Virus record (IMG/VR): IMGVR_UViG_3300047469_000094
Origin: a virus
Lineage: Duplodnaviria > Heunggongvirae > Uroviricota > Caudoviricetes
Length of the DNA: 64,000 nt
Direction: 5' to 3' (one strand)
Every line of letters starts with the position of its first letter. Position 1 is the stretch's first letter. The notes under the pieces were generated by a model that worked only from the letters and a program-made list of their open reading frames with translations, did not search any database and was not told the DNA's origin. Made by a program: the position numbers and the translations under genes. Of this stretch, positions 43,491-51,355 are shown piece after piece.

Positions 43491-43814
43491 TCATACTTTT
43501 TTTTGAGTTCCGTTGGCTGAAGGCACCGGAAGCACATCCAAGGAGATTCCGTCATCATCAATCATCCCAAGAGCGTAGAACAAACGTTGTGAGGTAACTA
43601 CGTTACGATCTGCGAAAGAGTAATACACGGAGTTACCAATGTCCTCCGCACCGTTTAACTGAGGCAACTGGCCTGCCACCTGAAGCTTTGCAACCTCGTG
43701 AAGCATGGTAACTAAAGTAAGTTCATCCTCCGGGTTACGATGGGCGACCATATCACCGAGTTCATTCAGGGCTTCCCATGTAGCGGCAATACGTTGGTGA
43801 ACATCTTCGGTCAT
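43491..43814 (-). CDS. hypothetical protein
   Basis: 107-aa ORF; promoter-like CCTTATACCA at 43836-43845. Confidence 0.5.
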   Translation of the reverse strand: MTEDVHQRIAATWEALNELGDMVAHRNPEDELTLVTMLHEVAKLQVAGQLPQLNGAEDIGNSVYYSFADRNVVTSQRLFYALGMIDDDGISLDVLPVPSANGTQKKV

Positions 43815-43848
43815 CTAATAATTCCTTTCTACTTACCTTATACCAGTC

Positions 43849-44139
43849 TTAGGAGTCTAATGACGTCAGGTAATCGTCCATCAGAGTAATCTCCCTACGG
43901 AGGACTCTGGCAGAGGAGCCTTCGCCAACACTATCTAAGTGGTAGCACTCTGCTTCAGAAATAGCTAGGAGTCCTCGGACTTTCTCACGAAGCTCTACGT
44001 CAATAGAGGATTTCATACGGCTCCACGCCAAGCACCACGTAGGCCAGGCAGTGGAGTCTAGTAGCTGCCGAGTGGATTCGTTCAAAGACTCGTACATCGT
44101 TGCCTTTTCGAACTGTTCGCGGATAGTCTTAGTAGTCAT
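43849..44139 (-). CDS. hypothetical protein
   Basis: 96-aa ORF. Confidence 0.5.
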   Translation of the reverse strand: MTTKTIREQFEKATMYESLNESTRQLLDSTAWPTWCLAWSRMKSSIDVELREKVRGLLAISEAECYHLDSVGEGSSARVLRREITLMDDYLTSLDS

Positions 44140-44324
44140 AGCACATCCAAGCCTGCATAGGCGTTAGCAATGATCGTATCAAGGCCTTCTTTGAAGTCAT
44201 CAGGGATTCGATTGCAGGACTGCAATTGGGCGAGAAGATCAATAGCAGTACGAACATCATACTTGCAGTCATCTTTAGTGTCCTTGACCAAACGAATCAG
44301 GTCATTGTTAGTAGCGTGGCTCAT
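44136..44324 (-). CDS. hypothetical small protein
   Basis: 62-aa ORF, coupled starts/stops. Confidence 0.4.
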   Translation of the reverse strand: MSHATNNDLIRLVKDTKDDCKYDVRTAIDLLAQLQSCNRIPDDFKEGLDTIIANAYAGLDVL

Positions 44325-44512
44325 ATCTCATTCACTGCCCTGAGGGTTTCAGAAACGATCCGGTTTACTTCCTTGATCCGAGCAACGTCCGTAACTCCGG
44401 CCAATAGCATCTGACCTAAAAGCTGAGTGTTCTCTCGGGCCTTGTTCCTCTGCGTCACTGAGACACGCGGGGTAAGGGTTGGTCCGGGTTGAATATCTAA
44501 GTCGTATCGCAT
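44321..44512 (-). CDS. hypothetical small protein
   Basis: 63-aa ORF. Confidence 0.4.
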   Translation of the reverse strand: MRYDLDIQPGPTLTPRVSVTQRNKARENTQLLGQMLLAGVTDVARIKEVNRIVSETLRAVNEI

Positions 44513-44839
44513 TTACGCACTCCCAACTCTGGTTGCAGTGATTAATGTTTTAATGCCACCATCATACCGCTTACGGGAGACGTTGACTACCTCCCAGTAA
44601 TTCCGTTGTATCGGCCACTTCTTAACATTATCATCCATGCCCAGGACAGTGTAGTAGTAGGTGTTGTCAAGGTTCCGGTCTTTACGGAAAAGCTCCCGTG
44701 GCCGCAGCTCGTTCCCGGTGTGGATAAGCTGCACCACGATCCCCTCAAGCCTCTTCTTGCGACCCATACTCCAAAGGTCTGTATCTAGAGAGAAGAGATA
44801 CTCTCTTAGATCAATCATCTTCATAGATGCTCTCCACAT
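44513..44839 (-). CDS. hypothetical protein
   Basis: 108-aa ORF. Confidence 0.5.
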   Translation of the reverse strand: MWRASMKMIDLREYLFSLDTDLWSMGRKKRLEGIVVQLIHTGNELRPRELFRKDRNLDNTYYYTVLGMDDNVKKWPIQRNYWEVVNVSRKRYDGGIKTLITATRVGSA

Positions 44840-45164
44840 TTACCAGTATTTCATGACCGTTTGGGGAGTAGAACGGATCGTAGGGGTGAACCAGGTTGAA
44901 CATCTTCGACACGTTCGTCACTGAGAGGTTATCGTTCTCCTCCCTTTTGAAACACCAACAATTTGGCTCACCCTGTTCACCCCTGGCAGGGTAGAACACA
45001 TAGCTGAAAGTAGAGTCGCCAAGATACTTGAGAACCCTGATGCTTGCACCTTGGTTGAATCTAATGAAGAGGGTACGTACCGGGTCACCCGCTTCCAAGC
45101 CCAAGCGGTTGATAAGAGTAGTGAAGTAATTCTCGTTATCTACAAATCCACTAGGATTAGACAT
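44811..45164 (-). CDS. small protein, paralog array 3 (N-terminal ...TLINRLGL motif)
   Basis: 117-aa ORF; shares motif with next copies. Confidence 0.5.
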   Translation of the reverse strand: MSNPSGFVDNENYFTTLINRLGLEAGDPVRTLFIRFNQGASIRVLKYLGDSTFSYVFYPARGEQGEPNCWCFKREENDNLSVTNVSKMFNLVHPYDPFYSPNGHEILVNVESIYEDD

Positions 45165-45469
45165 CAGCCATCCTCCAGATTTATGTGTAGACTGCCACGG
45201 CCTCCTAGAACTCCAGGCGTCTCCTTTTTACGCCTAATACTTGCAACTCTGTAACGACGAGTACTACCTCCGTTGGAGTACCACTTATTTACCCTGTCAC
45301 CATGGACAGGGATGAATCGGTACTCAAACTGCTCATTCCCCAGGAACTTGAGAAGTTGTATTACAGTATCGCCATTGAACTGTACAAAGACCTTTTCGAT
45401 CTTTGGGTCCTCGGCAAGTCCAAGCTTATCAACTAGGCGACGGAAAAACTCCTGAACGTTGATACTCAT
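45164..45469 (-). CDS. small protein, paralog array 3
   Basis: MSINVQEFFRRLVDKLGL... Confidence 0.55.
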   Translation of the reverse strand: MSINVQEFFRRLVDKLGLAEDPKIEKVFVQFNGDTVIQLLKFLGNEQFEYRFIPVHGDRVNKWYSNGGSTRRYRVASIRRKKETPGVLGGRGSLHINLEDG

Positions 45470-45798
45470 AGTTCCTCCACAATTTTCTCGACGTAGATCA
45501 CTGCCTTGTTAATAGGACGTACGAGGCTGGACATCGGCTTTATATGGCTCTTGTTAACTCGTTGTTCTTCGATCCGGGATATCACGTACTTAGCCCCCAC
45601 CATTGTGTGAGGTGTCCATGATTTTGATGGGCCTTTTGTACCTGACCCATACGCGTATAGGATACGTCCGTCGTCACCAACTTCGCGTATGTTTATCTCC
45701 GTACCATTGGACTTAAACACAACTTTGATAAGACTAATGTTTGAGGGGCTTGTTATCTTCTTAGTAAGACGACGAAGGAACTCGGTTATATCAATCAC
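45466..45798 (-). CDS. small protein, paralog array 3
   Basis: MIDITEFLRRLTKK... Confidence 0.55.
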   Translation of the reverse strand: MIDITEFLRRLTKKITSPSNISLIKVVFKSNGTEINIREVGDDGRILYAYGSGTKGPSKSWTPHTMVGAKYVISRIEEQRVNKSHIKPMSSLVRPINKAVIYVEKIVEEL

Positions 45799-45811
45799 AG
45801 CTTTTTACTCC

Positions 45812-46120
45812 TTACTTCCGAAAGACTTTTGAAGTGTGTATCCGAACTCCTCCAGGTCGATAACCCAGTATGCTGGTATCTTGGTTTAGAGTTACTTCGG
45901 ATACCCGGTCAATCCTATAGCGGTAGTAGGAAGCTCCTCCAGGGTGCCATGCATAGGTAGTTGTACCTGTGCTAAACCGGTAATCGATGGAGTTACCGTT
46001 TAGTTTGGTAACAATCAAATCATATGCGCCTTCATCTAGCTCCAGGTGTATCCTGCCAAACTCCTTGTAGTCAGGGAACTTTTTGACTAACTGTTCTAGA
46101 AACGTCATTAACTCGATCAT
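45812..46120 (-). CDS. small protein, paralog array 3
   Basis: MIELMTFLEQLVKKFPDYKEFGRIHLEL... Confidence 0.55.
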   Translation of the reverse strand: MIELMTFLEQLVKKFPDYKEFGRIHLELDEGAYDLIVTKLNGNSIDYRFSTGTTTYAWHPGGASYYRYRIDRVSEVTLNQDTSILGYRPGGVRIHTSKVFRK

Positions 46121-46440
46121 GATATTCCCGTATACTTACCGAAGTGTTTAGAGGTGCTTACTCGTACGCCTTGACGTTGTACGCCTAGTAGCGGTGTGTC
46201 CTTGCTAAGAAATACCTGAGAGACGTCGTTTACCATGTACCGAAAGAAGCTCATTTTTCTAGGGCGGAATTCGAAAAGAGTCTTAGCTCCATGAAAGTGA
46301 TAGTAGATGACATCGTCCTTGATACTGTCCAAGATCAGCGCATAAGAGTTGTTGTCTAGTTCTAGTTGTATCCGGTTGAACTCCTTGTAGTCCGGGAATC
46401 GTTTCATTAGTTGTTCTAGAAATGCTATTAACTCGATCAT
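46117..46440 (-). CDS. small protein, paralog array 3 (recent duplicate of previous)
   Basis: MIELIAFLEQLMKRFPDYKEFNRIQLEL... nearly identical N-terminus to 45812..46120. Confidence 0.55.
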   Translation of the reverse strand: MIELIAFLEQLMKRFPDYKEFNRIQLELDNNSYALILDSIKDDVIYYHFHGAKTLFEFRPRKMSFFRYMVNDVSQVFLSKDTPLLGVQRQGVRVSTSKHFGKYTGIS

Positions 46441-46503
46441 AATGTGACTACCCCATAAACTAAAAAGTCAGGGGATACCTGACTTTGTCTTTGTTGCACT
46501 TTG

Positions 46504-46512
46504 CTTATACCA
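46504..46512 (-). promoter_or_regulatory. extended -10-like promoter element (minus strand TGGTATAAG)
   Basis: ~65 nt upstream of array 3. Confidence 0.4.
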
Positions 46513-46514
46513 GG

Positions 46515-46748
46515 TTATTCCTGTTTGGTTACTGCAAGCTCAGTGATCTCGAATACGGCTTCGAACGGGCTATCACAAACAAGGTCCAACCCGAGCTTCT
46601 CCATTTCCTTCACCCACGGTCGAATCTCTTCCCCACCGATTGGTGTATGCAGAAGATTTTCCGGAAGAGAGACCAGTACTCGTTCACCGATCTTTCCTTC
46701 TACTACCAGAGATCCGTCTCCGTACACATCAATGATTACTCTATTCAT
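46515..46748 (-). CDS. hypothetical small protein
   Basis: 77-aa ORF. Confidence 0.45.
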   Translation of the reverse strand: MNRVIIDVYGDGSLVVEGKIGERVLVSLPENLLHTPIGGEEIRPWVKEMEKLGLDLVCDSPFEAVFEITELAVTKQE

Positions 46749-46984
46749 TACTTGAACCTCCGTTTCCGTTTATATAACAGGTCAATCACTAGACCCATTC
46801 TTTTCAAGTTTGCAGCATCCTGCTTCACCGTTCTAACGCGGTTAACCCAGTTACGAGTTGTGTCCGTCATTTCCTTACTGGGGATTTCAGCAATGAGCCT
46901 CAGGGCATTACCTAAGGCTTGTTCTGCTATCTTCAGTTGATCAGAGATCTCCTGGGACATTTCAAATCCTCGTACGGTAATCAT
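46748..46984 (-). CDS. hypothetical small protein
   Basis: 78-aa ORF. Confidence 0.45.
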   Translation of the reverse strand: MITVRGFEMSQEISDQLKIAEQALGNALRLIAEIPSKEMTDTTRNWVNRVRTVKQDAANLKRMGLVIDLLYKRKRRFK

Positions 46985-47255
46985 GGAAAGAGTCTTCGAT
47001 CCAGACTTTGTAAGTAGCCTTTAGCTCCTCAGTGCCTTGATCTTGGTCGTCCACCCGGGTAAGGAAGTACCTTTCCATATCGAAGGTTTCATCGTACATA
47101 GACCGTCTTGCTCTCCGCTTTTTGTGCCGTAGTTCCTCGACAAACTCAATGCAAGACTTGAACAAGATAGAACACAGCACAGTTACTGTGATCAACCCAA
47201 TTAGTGCAAGGATGGTGACTAGTGGAGACCCCTCCAACCATAGATTATTGAGCAT
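46962..47255 (-). CDS. hypothetical membrane protein
   Basis: 97-aa ORF with TM helix. Confidence 0.5.
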   Translation of the reverse strand: MLNNLWLEGSPLVTILALIGLITVTVLCSILFKSCIEFVEELRHKKRRARRSMYDETFDMERYFLTRVDDQDQGTEELKATYKVWIEDSFHDYRTRI

Positions 47256-47904
47256 CGGTAGCCTCCTCCCGCATCTGTTCTTTGAACAAGGTTTTCAACC
47301 GCTCACTGAGAAGATACACCTTGCCAGTACGGTTGAACCGACCACCGTGGAAAATGTCCTCAATGAAGACGTCACCATCCTCGTTTTTAAGAGTGTACTT
47401 GTAGCCAAGACCGACTACAGTTACTTCCTTGAACGCAGGAGGCTCGGTGGAAACTTCAAAACCTGCGACGAAGTCATCACGAAGCAAATGTTTAAGCCTG
47501 GCCACTTCTGCTTCTAGCTCCTTGATACGAGCACGACCTTCATCGATCATCTTCTCCATAGGCGTAGTCAGCATGACGATGCCGTCAGAGATCTTCGACT
47601 GGAATACTGCCGCGTCTACTTCCAGAGCGTTGTAGCCACCAGCACCCAAGACACAAGCAGTGTTTCGAAGTACGTCATGAGCTGCGGCCAGTTCCTTGAC
47701 AATAACTTTTATCGGGCCATGTGGAGGGTTGGTCCACGAAGCCTTAAGCTCTCCCCATTCATGGGCTGCGGATTGATACGTCCGTGAAGCTGTTTCACTG
47801 GTAGCACCCAGGCCACATTCCATGCAGACAACTGAGTAACCGTATCCAGCCTTGGATATCAAACGAGGTGGTCTACCGCAGCATTGCGTCAAGTCAGTTG
47901 ACAT
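47245..47904 (-). CDS. hypothetical protein with N-terminal Cys4 zinc-ribbon
   Basis: 219-aa ORF. Confidence 0.55.
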   Translation of the reverse strand: MSTDLTQCCGRPPRLISKAGYGYSVVCMECGLGATSETASRTYQSAAHEWGELKASWTNPPHGPIKVIVKELAAAHDVLRNTACVLGAGGYNALEVDAAVFQSKISDGIVMLTTPMEKMIDEGRARIKELEAEVARLKHLLRDDFVAGFEVSTEPPAFKEVTVVGLGYKYTLKNEDGDVFIEDIFHGGRFNRTGKVYLLSERLKTLFKEQMREEATDAQ

Positions 47905-47907
47905 AGT

Positions 47908-48258
47908 TCAATCCCAGTTTATTTGTGGTTGTGGAACATGTTTTGCAACGATCCTGACTAAGCGCTTACTGCCCGCCTTGCAGGGGGGATGCACGCTGAC
48001 AACTTCATAGTCTCCGTACAGGGCCCCTCCAGAGGAGTAGTGTTTGGTAAGATCAGGGTTGATGTACGCATACCCGTTTTGCTGAGAGATTACCGCAAGA
48101 TGTCGTCCATACTTAATGTAGTACGTCATATCGCTTTCCTCAGGTCTAAGGAAATCAACCACTGCAAGAGGAACCAACGATGGACCCTTGCTCATACCAC
48201 GGATCAATCCCTTCTCTTTTGCAAGTCGTTGCAGGAACTTCTGAAGACATACGTACAT
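47908..48258 (-). CDS. small protein, N-terminal KFLQRL motif (family member)
   Basis: 116-aa ORF. Confidence 0.5.
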   Translation of the reverse strand: MYVCLQKFLQRLAKEKGLIRGMSKGPSLVPLAVVDFLRPEESDMTYYIKYGRHLAVISQQNGYAYINPDLTKHYSSGGALYGDYEVVSVHPPCKAGSKRLVRIVAKHVPQPQINWD

Positions 48259-48261
48259 TGT

Positions 48262-48534
48262 TTACATTCTCTTAGGAGCGATTTGCCCTCGTTTTACCGC
48301 TTCTTGAACCAGACTTCGGCGAGCAGTAATCCACTTTACGATATCCGTTCGTGTCTTGAATCCTTTGTAGTCGGAGTCATTCCATAGGCAGTCTAGCAGA
48401 GTATCAATGACGATATCTGCGTGCTGTTCTGGGGCCATTTCTAGGACTTCATCCGTGCGGAAGATATAGGCGATACCAATGATTAGCGCCAGTACTCCAC
48501 ATACAACACCAAAGACTATGCATACGTTAATCAT
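48262..48534 (-). CDS. hypothetical membrane protein
   Basis: 90-aa ORF, N-terminal TM helix. Confidence 0.5.
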   Translation of the reverse strand: MINVCIVFGVVCGVLALIIGIAYIFRTDEVLEMAPEQHADIVIDTLLDCLWNDSDYKGFKTRTDIVKWITARRSLVQEAVKRGQIAPKRM

Positions 48535-48537
48535 CTT

Positions 48538-48834
48538 TCAATACCTTTTATTTACGTGAATATAGGTCTTCTGTTTCCCCAGAGATCCTCTCTGAGCAAT
48601 CTTGTAGACATTCAACCTTCCCTTTTCTAAGTACCAGGTAGACCAGTACTCATTCTTATCATCCTCAGTAACACTTGCCTGCATGAAGTACTTCTCAGTA
48701 CGCTGGTTATCATTGATTCTGATGCGGTACGCGATGCCTGATACATGATCAAACGTCACAATCACTTCTTCGGAGTGCTTCGCAAAAAATCTCCTGAAGA
48801 ACTCAACGGCTTCAATCATTTCGCCACTCATCAT
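48538..48834 (-). CDS. small protein, family-like (EFFRRFF)
   Basis: 98-aa ORF. Confidence 0.5.
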   Translation of the reverse strand: MMSGEMIEAVEFFRRFFAKHSEEVIVTFDHVSGIAYRIRINDNQRTEKYFMQASVTEDDKNEYWSTWYLEKGRLNVYKIAQRGSLGKQKTYIHVNKRY

Positions 48835-49234
48835 CGACGTTTATATCGAGGTTCTCTGCGCCCTCCTCTTCCTCCTCGTCTACGTCATCTCTCATGCGCT
48901 CATAGACCTCCTGGTTCCAGTCGCTGAGTAGAAGAGTTATGTCCTTTTTAACCAAGATGCCGCCGAAGCAGATTTTGTCTACGACTAGTCCTCGTTCCTC
49001 CAAGTACCAAGTCCCATACTGTGGAAGGGCGTACCCAGGGGTGTTAGGTATCGCCTGACATTCAAAAGGATAGCGAACAGACGGTATTGCGACTTTCAGC
49101 CTGGCGTACATTGCATGGCTGTACAGCTCACCGATTTGTCTAACTTCGTGTGGAGTGTTCCTGAACTTAACGATTACCCGAGTTTTAGTATCGGTAAGTA
49201 ACCGGTCTAAGAGTATACGAGCATCGATTTTCAT
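48812..49234 (-). CDS. small protein, family-like (ILLDRLL) with acidic C-terminus
   Basis: 140-aa ORF. Confidence 0.5.
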   Translation of the reverse strand: MKIDARILLDRLLTDTKTRVIVKFRNTPHEVRQIGELYSHAMYARLKVAIPSVRYPFECQAIPNTPGYALPQYGTWYLEERGLVVDKICFGGILVKKDITLLLSDWNQEVYERMRDDVDEEEEEGAENLDINVDDEWRND

Positions 49235-49497
49235 TTAAGCCTCTTGTCTTTAAATTCCTTGAAGTAAGTAGCGGTTATGGTCGCCAACCATTCCTTGGTT
49301 ACATCTTTTGGATACCCGTTAGGGTTCTTCCAATTGGAATCCATCATTACCCCTACGAACAGAAGCCAGTCCATAAGATCTTTCTTGCATTGCGCAATAC
49401 GACGTTCCCGACGTTTGTGCTGTATCTCCTTTACAACGCTGTAGATAACGAGGAGTGCGAAAAGCGGCAAAAACCAGTAGAAGATCATGTAATCCAT
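49231..49497 (-). CDS. hypothetical membrane protein
   Basis: 88-aa ORF. Confidence 0.5.
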   Translation of the reverse strand: MDYMIFYWFLPLFALLVIYSVVKEIQHKRRERRIAQCKKDLMDWLLFVGVMMDSNWKNPNGYPKDVTKEWLATITATYFKEFKDKRLK

Positions 49498-49752
49498 TTA
49501 CTTCACCGCCAGACTCATGTTACTACGAAGTGCAGCACGGGCTTCATCCCAGTTCAGAACTACGGGATTGTTGTAGGCCAGAGTAGCTGCCTTCTCCTTT
49601 GCAGCGTCTTTGTCCTGGTAGACAAACACGTCACTCAGCTTGTTGGACCAGAAGCTTTTACTCTGCTTACTGCGATCAACCATGAAGAGGATTACGCCGG
49701 GATGGGCAGGATCATCAGAGGCAACAACGTAGCCAGTTCGTTCTTCAATCAT
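49498..49752 (-). CDS. hypothetical protein
   Basis: 84-aa ORF. Confidence 0.5.
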   Translation of the reverse strand: MIEERTGYVVASDDPAHPGVILFMVDRSKQSKSFWSNKLSDVFVYQDKDAAKEKAATLAYNNPVVLNWDEARAALRSNMSLAVK

Positions 49753-49774
49753 TTCTCGTACTCCATAATAATAA

Positions 49775-49799
49775 GAAAAAAGGGGCCAGACCTCGGCCC
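49775..49799 (-). terminator. rho-independent terminator
   Basis: GGGGCC-AGACCTC-GGCCCC hairpin + TTTTTT on minus strand after 49806..50006. Confidence 0.5.
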
Positions 49800-49805
49800 C
49801 CGGTA

Positions 49806-50006
49806 TTACTGCGTACTACGACGCTCATTGATATGAGGCATGCAGTACACGTTCGAAACACTACCATCGTAGTTAGTAGCTTGACGCCATGGCAGACCAA
49901 CGTTTTCACATTTCATTGCTTCTGCGATTACCATGTCGTTAGACATGCGCTGTACACAACCGGTCAGGGACGCGGCTACGACCATCAGTACCAGTAATGC
50001 TTTCAT
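49806..50006 (-). CDS. small lipoprotein
   Basis: MKALLVLMVVAASLTGC signal/lipobox. Confidence 0.5.
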   Translation of the reverse strand: MKALLVLMVVAASLTGCVQRMSNDMVIAEAMKCENVGLPWRQATNYDGSVSNVYCMPHINERRSTQ

Positions 50007-50060
50007 GAGGTGCTTTCCTTTTGCATTAGTTAGTTAGCAGAGATCTTTTCTCTACCTTAC

Positions 50061-50336
50061 TTATACCCGTTTGTATACGCTTTCGAAGAATGAAACAAGA
50101 TCTTCCAAACTATTGAGAGGAGTGTCTACCGCTGCAACAATCGTTCGATTAGGTCCGAACATTACAGGGAATCCGATCCCCCTTTCTGACACTGAAATGA
50201 AGTCGTTGAGAAGACTCCGAGGTTCACTCGGCTCAGCCCCATCATTCAGTACCACTTGTAACATATAGCCACCTTCGTCATCAGAGATTACACGAAGGTT
50301 TTTAACGTCTTTCAGGTGATAGAATTTACGAGACAT
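50061..50336 (-). CDS. hypothetical protein
   Basis: 91-aa ORF; duplicated promoter-bearing 23-bp repeat upstream (50366-50388; second copy at 50051-50073). Confidence 0.5.
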   Translation of the reverse strand: MSRKFYHLKDVKNLRVISDDEGGYMLQVVLNDGAEPSEPRSLLNDFISVSERGIGFPVMFGPNRTIVAAVDTPLNSLEDLVSFFESVYKRV

Positions 50337-50374
50337 GAGAAGCTCCTTAGTAAGTGTTATATTCTCTACCTTAC

Positions 50375-50581
50375 TTATACCCGTTTATCAGTCCCTAATA
50401 TGAGAAATACTACTCCAGTAATTGCCAAGGACGGAGAGAAGGTTACGCCCGCTGCTGCTATAGAGAAGTAGCTCCAAGGCATTGGGTGCATGTACTCCAT
50501 CAATTGATACGAGATGACTGCAAACAGGACTGCTAGTATCAACGATACGAAGCCTAATCCAAGGTTCACCTTCTTATCCAT
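50375..50581 (-). CDS. hypothetical small membrane protein
   Basis: 68-aa ORF, two TM segments. Confidence 0.45.
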   Translation of the reverse strand: MDKKVNLGLGFVSLILAVLFAVISYQLMEYMHPMPWSYFSIAAAGVTFSPSLAITGVVFLILGTDKRV

Positions 50582-50679
50582 ACAAATATTCCATATAAGT
50601 AGTAGTTGTTGTTCACTACATTCCTTATACCACTTTGCGAACCCTAAAAAGAAAGCCCCGGAGTTAACGGGGCTTGATC

Positions 50680-50970
50680 TTATTTACGGTCGTCGGTGGT
50701 GAACCACTTTATAAGACCTCTCAGAACATCTCCTACCCCAAGCACTTCGCATAGGTATGCCATGGCACCACATAAGGCAATACCCAGACACACTATCGAG
50801 TACGTCAAAGTTGCCACTGCGCATACCGCCCATAGCCCTGCGAGTATCTGAAGAGAAGTCGGTGCTACCATCAATGGTATTCCCACATACAGAAACAAGT
50901 AGTAAGCAAGTACTTCCAGTATTGCTGTTGCGATAAGAACCTTTTCGAGGGATTGCAGTTTGATCTTCAC
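50680..50970 (-). CDS. hypothetical membrane protein
   Basis: 96-aa ORF, multiple TM segments; terminator hairpin 50647-50668 downstream. Confidence 0.5.
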   Translation of the reverse strand: MKIKLQSLEKVLIATAILEVLAYYLFLYVGIPLMVAPTSLQILAGLWAVCAVATLTYSIVCLGIALCGAMAYLCEVLGVGDVLRGLIKWFTTDDRK

Positions 50971-51007
50971 TTAAGTCTCCGAATAAGAATGGTTTGTTCG
51001 GTACTTT

Positions 51008-51016
51008 ACTTATACC
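51008..51016 (-). promoter_or_regulatory. extended -10-like promoter element (minus strand TGGTATAAG)
   Basis: ~40 nt upstream of 50680..50970. Confidence 0.35.
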
Positions 51017-51085
51017 AAAACTTACAGACGATCATCGGTTTTTACCCACTCCAAAGAAAAAGGCCTCCGAAGAGGCCCTTAAGCA

Positions 51086-51355
51086 TTACCGATAACGTCG
51101 GTGACGATACTTGTGCAGATGATCTGCTTGAGCCTTCGTCACTTCGACCGCTTCTGGTCCGAAGGTCAGGTTGAGACGAACTGCCCCGGTGTCGTATGCA
51201 CGACGGCAGGCATGGAATTCGTTCTCAGCCATCAGAGTACCGAGCAGTGGTTTTTTACCCCACTTGTCTCTCCAGTAGTCTGGGTAGATTGCGAAGTAAC
51301 GGGATTCCCGTTCCGATTTTGGTTTCGATTTACGCTCTTCTTGCATTGTGGTCAC
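51086..51355 (-). CDS. hypothetical basic protein
   Basis: 89-aa ORF; terminator hairpin GGCCTC-CGAA-GAGGCC at 51063-51078. Confidence 0.45.
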   Translation of the reverse strand: MTTMQEERKSKPKSERESRYFAIYPDYWRDKWGKKPLLGTLMAENEFHACRRAYDTGAVRLNLTFGPEAVEVTKAQADHLHKYRHRRYR

